Assembly (NCBI GenBank): GCA_937901745.1
Contig: CALGSZ010000096.1
Span: 69,750-133,749, forward strand
Length of the DNA: 64,000 nt
Source: an uncultured Chloroflexota bacterium
GTDB taxonomy: Bacteria > Chloroflexota > Chloroflexia > Thermomicrobiales > UBA6265
Direction: 5' to 3'
Below are positions 60,320 to 64,000 of this stretch, one piece after another. The notes below the pieces were generated by a model. The model searched no databases. It saw only the letters and a list, made by a program, of their open reading frames with translations, and was not told where the DNA came from. The stretch's first letter is position 1, and each line of letters begins with the position of its first letter. The translations under genes were made by a program, and so were the position numbers.

Positions 60320-62602
60320 ATGCTGATCTTTCCCATCCGCCACCATTCCCCGGCTGCCGCCCTGCAGCTTCAGCGGTTGATCCGCGAACGGCGGCCGAAA
60401 GCGATTCTGGTCGAGGGGCCGGCAGACGCCGACCACCTGATCCCGTTGCTGACCGACATGCTGACCGAGCCGCCGGTCGCGATTTATGCCTTCGAGGCAA
60501 ACCACGCGGGCGACCCCGGCCGCGCGCGCTCGATCTTCTACCCGTTCTGCTCCTACTCGCCTGAATACGTCGCGCTCGTCGAGGGCACGGCGACGGGCGC
60601 ACGCGTCGCCTTCTGCGACGTACCCGCGAGTGTCAGCCTGGCCGCTGAGGAAGAGCCGAGCGAATCCGGCGGCGCGGATGGGGGCTATTCCACCTTTGCC
60701 GACCGTCTCGCGGAGGCAGCGGGGTTCTCATCCTTCGATGGCTTTTGGGAGGCGGCGATCGAGCAAGTTTGTGCGCAGGCGGCCGTGGATGACTACATCG
60801 CGGCGCTGAGCGACTTCGGGACGAAGGCGCGCTCGCTGGCAACTCCACCCGAGATCGGCATTTCCGATGCGATCCGCGAGCAGCACATGGCCTCGGTCGC
60901 GCTCGGCATGGTCGCGGCCGGCATTCCTGAGGACGATATCCTGATCGTTTGCGGCGCGGCGCACGCCTCCGCGATCGCCGCGTATGTCCGCGAGGGTATC
61001 CAGCCGCCGTCGCTACCCGACCGGCTTCCGACCGAACTCGCGCTTGTCCCGTACAGTTTTCCGCGCCTAAGCGACGATCTCGGCTATGGGGCTGGCAACC
61101 GGGCGCCGTGGTTCTACCAGCAGGTCTGGGAGCAGCGCGGGGACTTCACGGCGGCCACCCGGCGCACGCTGCTAGCGGTGGCGGCGCGGCTGCGCCAGCA
61201 GGGACGGCTCGCCTCCCTGGCCCAGGTTGTCGACGCCGACGAGCTTGCCACCGTCCTCGCCGGGCTGCGCGGCAAACCCGCGCCAGGCGTGGACGAGATC
61301 ACTGACGCCGCTGTCGCCTGCCTCGCGCACGGGCAGCCCGTGGTCGTCGAGCAGGCGCTGCGCGAAGTCTTGATCGGTCACCGTCTGGGCCGGGTCTCGC
61401 CGCGAGCGGGTCTCACGCCGCTGCAGACCGAGTTCTACGAGACGGCGGAGCGCCTGCGATTGCCGGTGCAGGACGCGCCACGCCAGATCCTCGTCCACTT
61501 GCCAGAGCCTGACGAGGCGGCCCAGTCCGTCTTCCTCCACCGTTTGGTCGCGGCAGACATCCCGTTCGCGCGGGAGCTGGAGGGCGGCATCGGCGGGCGA
61601 GGAGCGGCGCGCGGCGGGGCGCTGGCCGGTTTGCGGCGCGCAAGGGAGAAATGGGAGCTTTGCTGGTCGCCGCTGACCGACGCCAGACTGATCGAGCACA
61701 ACGCCTGGGGCAGCACGCTCGCCTCGGTTGCGCGGCGCCTCCTCCTCCGCCGGCTCGACGCCGCGAAGGCGATTGACGAGGGCGCCGAGATCCTGCTGCG
61801 GCTGACGCTCTGCGACCTTGCCGATGCCTTCTCAACCGCACTGCCGCGCTGTGAGACGCTGGCGGCAGACAGCGCCAGCTTTCCGGCAATTGCGCGGGCG
61901 GTTTTCCATCTCGATGGACTGCTCTCCTACGGAGCCGTGCGCCAGCTGCCGTCGGCCGAGCTGACCGATTTGGCGCGGCGCCTCTTCATCCGGGCAGCGC
62001 TGCAACTGCCAGCCGCGGCGCAATGCGGCGACGAGGCGGCTGCTGAGATGGAGACGAGCCTGTTGCCGCTGGCCGAGCTTGCGCGAAAAGGGAGCCCGGT
62101 CGTCACGCCGGAGATTCTCTGGGACGCGATTGCCGCGGTCAGTGAGCACGACGGAGCACACCCCGGGTTGCGCGGGGTGGCGCTAACGCTGCTCGAGGTC
62201 AGCCATCGCCTCCCGCCGGGAGATTTCGCGCGGCGGCTGCGCCGGATGCTCGTGGGTTCCTCGCCGGATGCCGGGGCGCGCTTGGTCGCCGGCATCTTCA
62301 CCCTTCATCGCGGCACGCTGATCCGCAACCAAGCGCTGATCGGCGCGATCACCGACTTCTTGCTCGGCTTGGAGATCGAGACGCTGCTGCCCCTCCTCCC
62401 CGCCCTGCGCCGCACGCTCGGAGATCTTTCCACGGCTGAACGCGCGTATCTCGATGAGACGCTGACCGCCGCGCTGCAGATCGCGGAGGACACCGGACCC
62501 GAGCTCAACGTCTCAGACGAGCTTCGCGCCCGGCTTGCGGAAGTTGATGCGGCCGTGGCCGCGACGCTCGACACGTGGAGAGACCGATATGGAATCGGCT
62601 GA
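60320..62602 (+). CDS. Large conserved hypothetical protein, DUF5682-like
   Basis: N-terminus MLIFPIRHHSPAAALQLQRLIRERRPKAILVEGPAD matches my recollection of the DUF5682 N-terminal block (RHHGPGSA...LIEGP). About 760 aa, alpha-helical and Leu/Ala-rich. Confidence 0.55.
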   Translation: MLIFPIRHHSPAAALQLQRLIRERRPKAILVEGPADADHLIPLLTDMLTEPPVAIYAFEANHAGDPGRARSIFYPFCSYSPEYVALVEGTATGARVAFCDVPASVSLAAEEEPSESGGADGGYSTFADRLAEAAGFSSFDGFWEAAIEQVCAQAAVDDYIAALSDFGTKARSLATPPEIGISDAIREQHMASVALGMVAAGIPEDDILIVCGAAHASAIAAYVREGIQPPSLPDRLPTELALVPYSFPRLSDDLGYGAGNRAPWFYQQVWEQRGDFTAATRRTLLAVAARLRQQGRLASLAQVVDADELATVLAGLRGKPAPGVDEITDAAVACLAHGQPVVVEQALREVLIGHRLGRVSPRAGLTPLQTEFYETAERLRLPVQDAPRQILVHLPEPDEAAQSVFLHRLVAADIPFARELEGGIGGRGAARGGALAGLRRAREKWELCWSPLTDARLIEHNAWGSTLASVARRLLLRRLDAAKAIDEGAEILLRLTLCDLADAFSTALPRCETLAADSASFPAIARAVFHLDGLLSYGAVRQLPSAELTDLARRLFIRAALQLPAAAQCGDEAAAEMETSLLPLAELARKGSPVVTPEILWDAIAAVSEHDGAHPGLRGVALTLLEVSHRLPPGDFARRLRRMLVGSSPDAGARLVAGIFTLHRGTLIRNQALIGAITDFLLGLEIETLLPLLPALRRTLGDLSTAERAYLDETLTAALQIAEDTGPELNVSDELRARLAEVDAAVAATLDTWRDRYGIG

Positions 62603-63752
62603 AGCCCGCGCGGATGCCGCTTTGCTGAGATGGCGATTGGTCCTCGGGCCGGAACCAGCTGGCTCGCCCAAGTCCCGCGTGCTCGGCAGCGCGGACGAAG
62701 CCGTGGCCGGCGATCCTCGCCTGACGGCCGTCGACCGCGCGCTCGATTTCCTTTACGGCACGGAGCGGGGCGCCGATCTGAGCGCGAGCCTGCCGTACGT
62801 TGCGACGTGGCTGGGCGACATCCGTCGCTATTTCCCCCGCCAAACGGTCGCGTTCCTCGAGCGGGAGGCGATCGCGCGGCGCGGCCTGCGCCAGCTCCTG
62901 TTTGAGCCGGAAGTGCTCGGAACGCTCGAGAAAGACATCCACCTCGTCACGACGATCCTCGGCTTCAAGGATCTGATGCCGGAGGAGACTCGCCGGACCG
63001 CGCGCGAGGTGGTGGCGGAGATCGTCGCGGAGCTGCGTCAGCGGCTCGAGACGCCACTTCAGCAGGCGATCACGGGGGCACTGCAGCGCAACCGGCATGC
63101 GCCGCTGCGCGTCAGCCGCAACCTTGACGTCAGGCGCACGATCCAATCGGGCCTGCGGAACTACCAGCCAGAGCTTGGAAAGATCGTTCCGGAGCGGCTC
63201 TACTTCTACGCAAGCCAGCGCCGGTACCATGAGTGGCGCATCATCGTCCTCGTTGACCAGAGCGGCTCGATGGCGGAGTCCATCGTCTATGCCGCAATCT
63301 TTGCCGCCGTTTTCGCCTCGCTGCCCGCGCTCGAGACTCGGCTTCTCTTGTTCGACACCGCGACGGTCGATCTGACCGACCACGTCAGCGATCCCGTCGA
63401 GGTTCTGTTCAGCGCCCAACTCGGCGGTGGCACCGACATTGCCCGCGCGGTTGCGACGGCGTCGGAGCTGGTCGAGCAGCCGGAGCGGACGCTGCTGCTC
63501 TTGATCACCGACCTGCACGAAGGGGGCGATCGCGAGGCGCTGCTGGATCGGCTCGCCGCGCTGGTGGAGAGCCGAGTCCGCGTGCTCTGCGCGCTCGCGC
63601 TGAACGACGCGGGCGTCGCCTCGTACAATCACCAACTCGCGCGCGAAGTGGCGAATGTGGGCGTGCCCGCGTTCGCCGCGACGCCCAACCGGATGGTCGA
63701 GGTCATCGAGCGCGCGCTGCGAGGGGAGTCGCCAGATGGCAGCCGCATTTGA
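62589..63752 (+). CDS. VWA domain-containing protein
   Basis: The ATG at 62589 overlaps the upstream stop by 14 nt. MIDAS motif in IIVLVDQSGSM and a later TD (ITDLHEGGD). Confidence 0.8.
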   Translation: MESAEARADAALLRWRLVLGPEPAGSPKSRVLGSADEAVAGDPRLTAVDRALDFLYGTERGADLSASLPYVATWLGDIRRYFPRQTVAFLEREAIARRGLRQLLFEPEVLGTLEKDIHLVTTILGFKDLMPEETRRTAREVVAEIVAELRQRLETPLQQAITGALQRNRHAPLRVSRNLDVRRTIQSGLRNYQPELGKIVPERLYFYASQRRYHEWRIIVLVDQSGSMAESIVYAAIFAAVFASLPALETRLLLFDTATVDLTDHVSDPVEVLFSAQLGGGTDIARAVATASELVEQPERTLLLLITDLHEGGDREALLDRLAALVESRVRVLCALALNDAGVASYNHQLAREVANVGVPAFAATPNRMVEVIERALRGESPDGSRI

Positions 63753-64000
63753 TCCAGGCGCGTTCCCGGTTCTCGTCGCACTTGGCAACTCGCTGCGGGA
63801 AATGGCCGGAGAGTCGATGTACGCGGCGGGCCGAGAGCTGGTACGCTCCGGCGCGGTGCGTGAGGCGACGATCGCCGGCACGTTGGCCCAGGCGGTCGTT
63901 CAAGGTTCGACCGATTACCGCGTCTCGCTTAGCTTTTCCCGGCGAGCCAAATCGGTCAAGGCAGGCTGCACCTGCCCGGCGCAGCGACGGCGACGCATGT
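63736..64000 (+). CDS. SWIM zinc-finger protein, partial (continues past the window end)
   Basis: Manual translation from the ATG at 63736, which overlaps the VWA stop by 17 nt: MAAAFDPGAFPVLVALGNSLREMAGESMYAAGRELVRSGAV...YRVSLSFSRRAKSVKAGCTCPAQRRRRM. The Y.V.L...CxCP pattern is the start of a SWIM finger. Confidence 0.6.
   Translation, partial: MAAAFDPGAFPVLVALGNSLREMAGESMYAAGRELVRSGAVREATIAGTLAQAVVQGSTDYRVSLSFSRRAKSVKAGCTCPAQRRRRM

Overview
This 64-kb window is high-GC bacterial chromosome whose genes use strong GGAGG-type ribosome-binding sites. Composition and gene content would fit Chloroflexota/Thermomicrobia or Actinomycetota, but I cannot resolve the taxon from sequence alone. All family names come from motif recognition by eye, with no searches run. 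I recognised no rRNA, tRNA, CRISPR array, intact integrase or transposase.

Backbone content:
- A nitrogen-assimilation block: a PucR-type regulator that the ORF track misses because it runs off the window start, a glutamine-synthetase-family gene, and a 1500-aa GltB.
- Small-molecule catabolism genes.
- A GntR-linked family-5 ABC importer without ATPase genes, followed by an aldo/keto reductase and an FAD oxidoreductase.
- A 1028-aa FAD/Fe-S fusion oxidoreductase.
- Envelope genes (CapA-like, M23 peptidase).
- A Fur/Zur-type regulator divergent from a znuACB-like operon.
- A sigma-54 module (rpoN, a ferritin-like gene, an NtrC-type activator, a CheY-like receiver) with two readable -24/-12 promoters.
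- A sugar ABC importer, a GDPD-family enzyme, topoisomerase IB and a serine hydrolase.

Accessory or odd regions worth a second look:
1. A ligase-less, Hen1-less Pnkp homologue (7.6-9.0 kb) beside an AT-richer islet (9.05-10.35 kb) that encodes an HKD/PLD nuclease fused to an Mrr_N-like winged helix.
2. A decayed islet (25.2-27.7 kb) with HTH genes and a 5'-truncated, frameshifted Mrr.
3. An AT-richer islet (32.06-34.3 kb) with DUF3800-like and FRG-domain genes.
4. An overlapping gene pair encoding a WYL-like protein and an archaemetzincin.
5. An rpoN carrying a Cys4 zinc-ribbon insert.
6. A translationally coupled DUF5682-like/VWA/SWIM cluster that is cut by the window end.

Many long antisense ORFs in the track are high-GC artefacts and were rejected.
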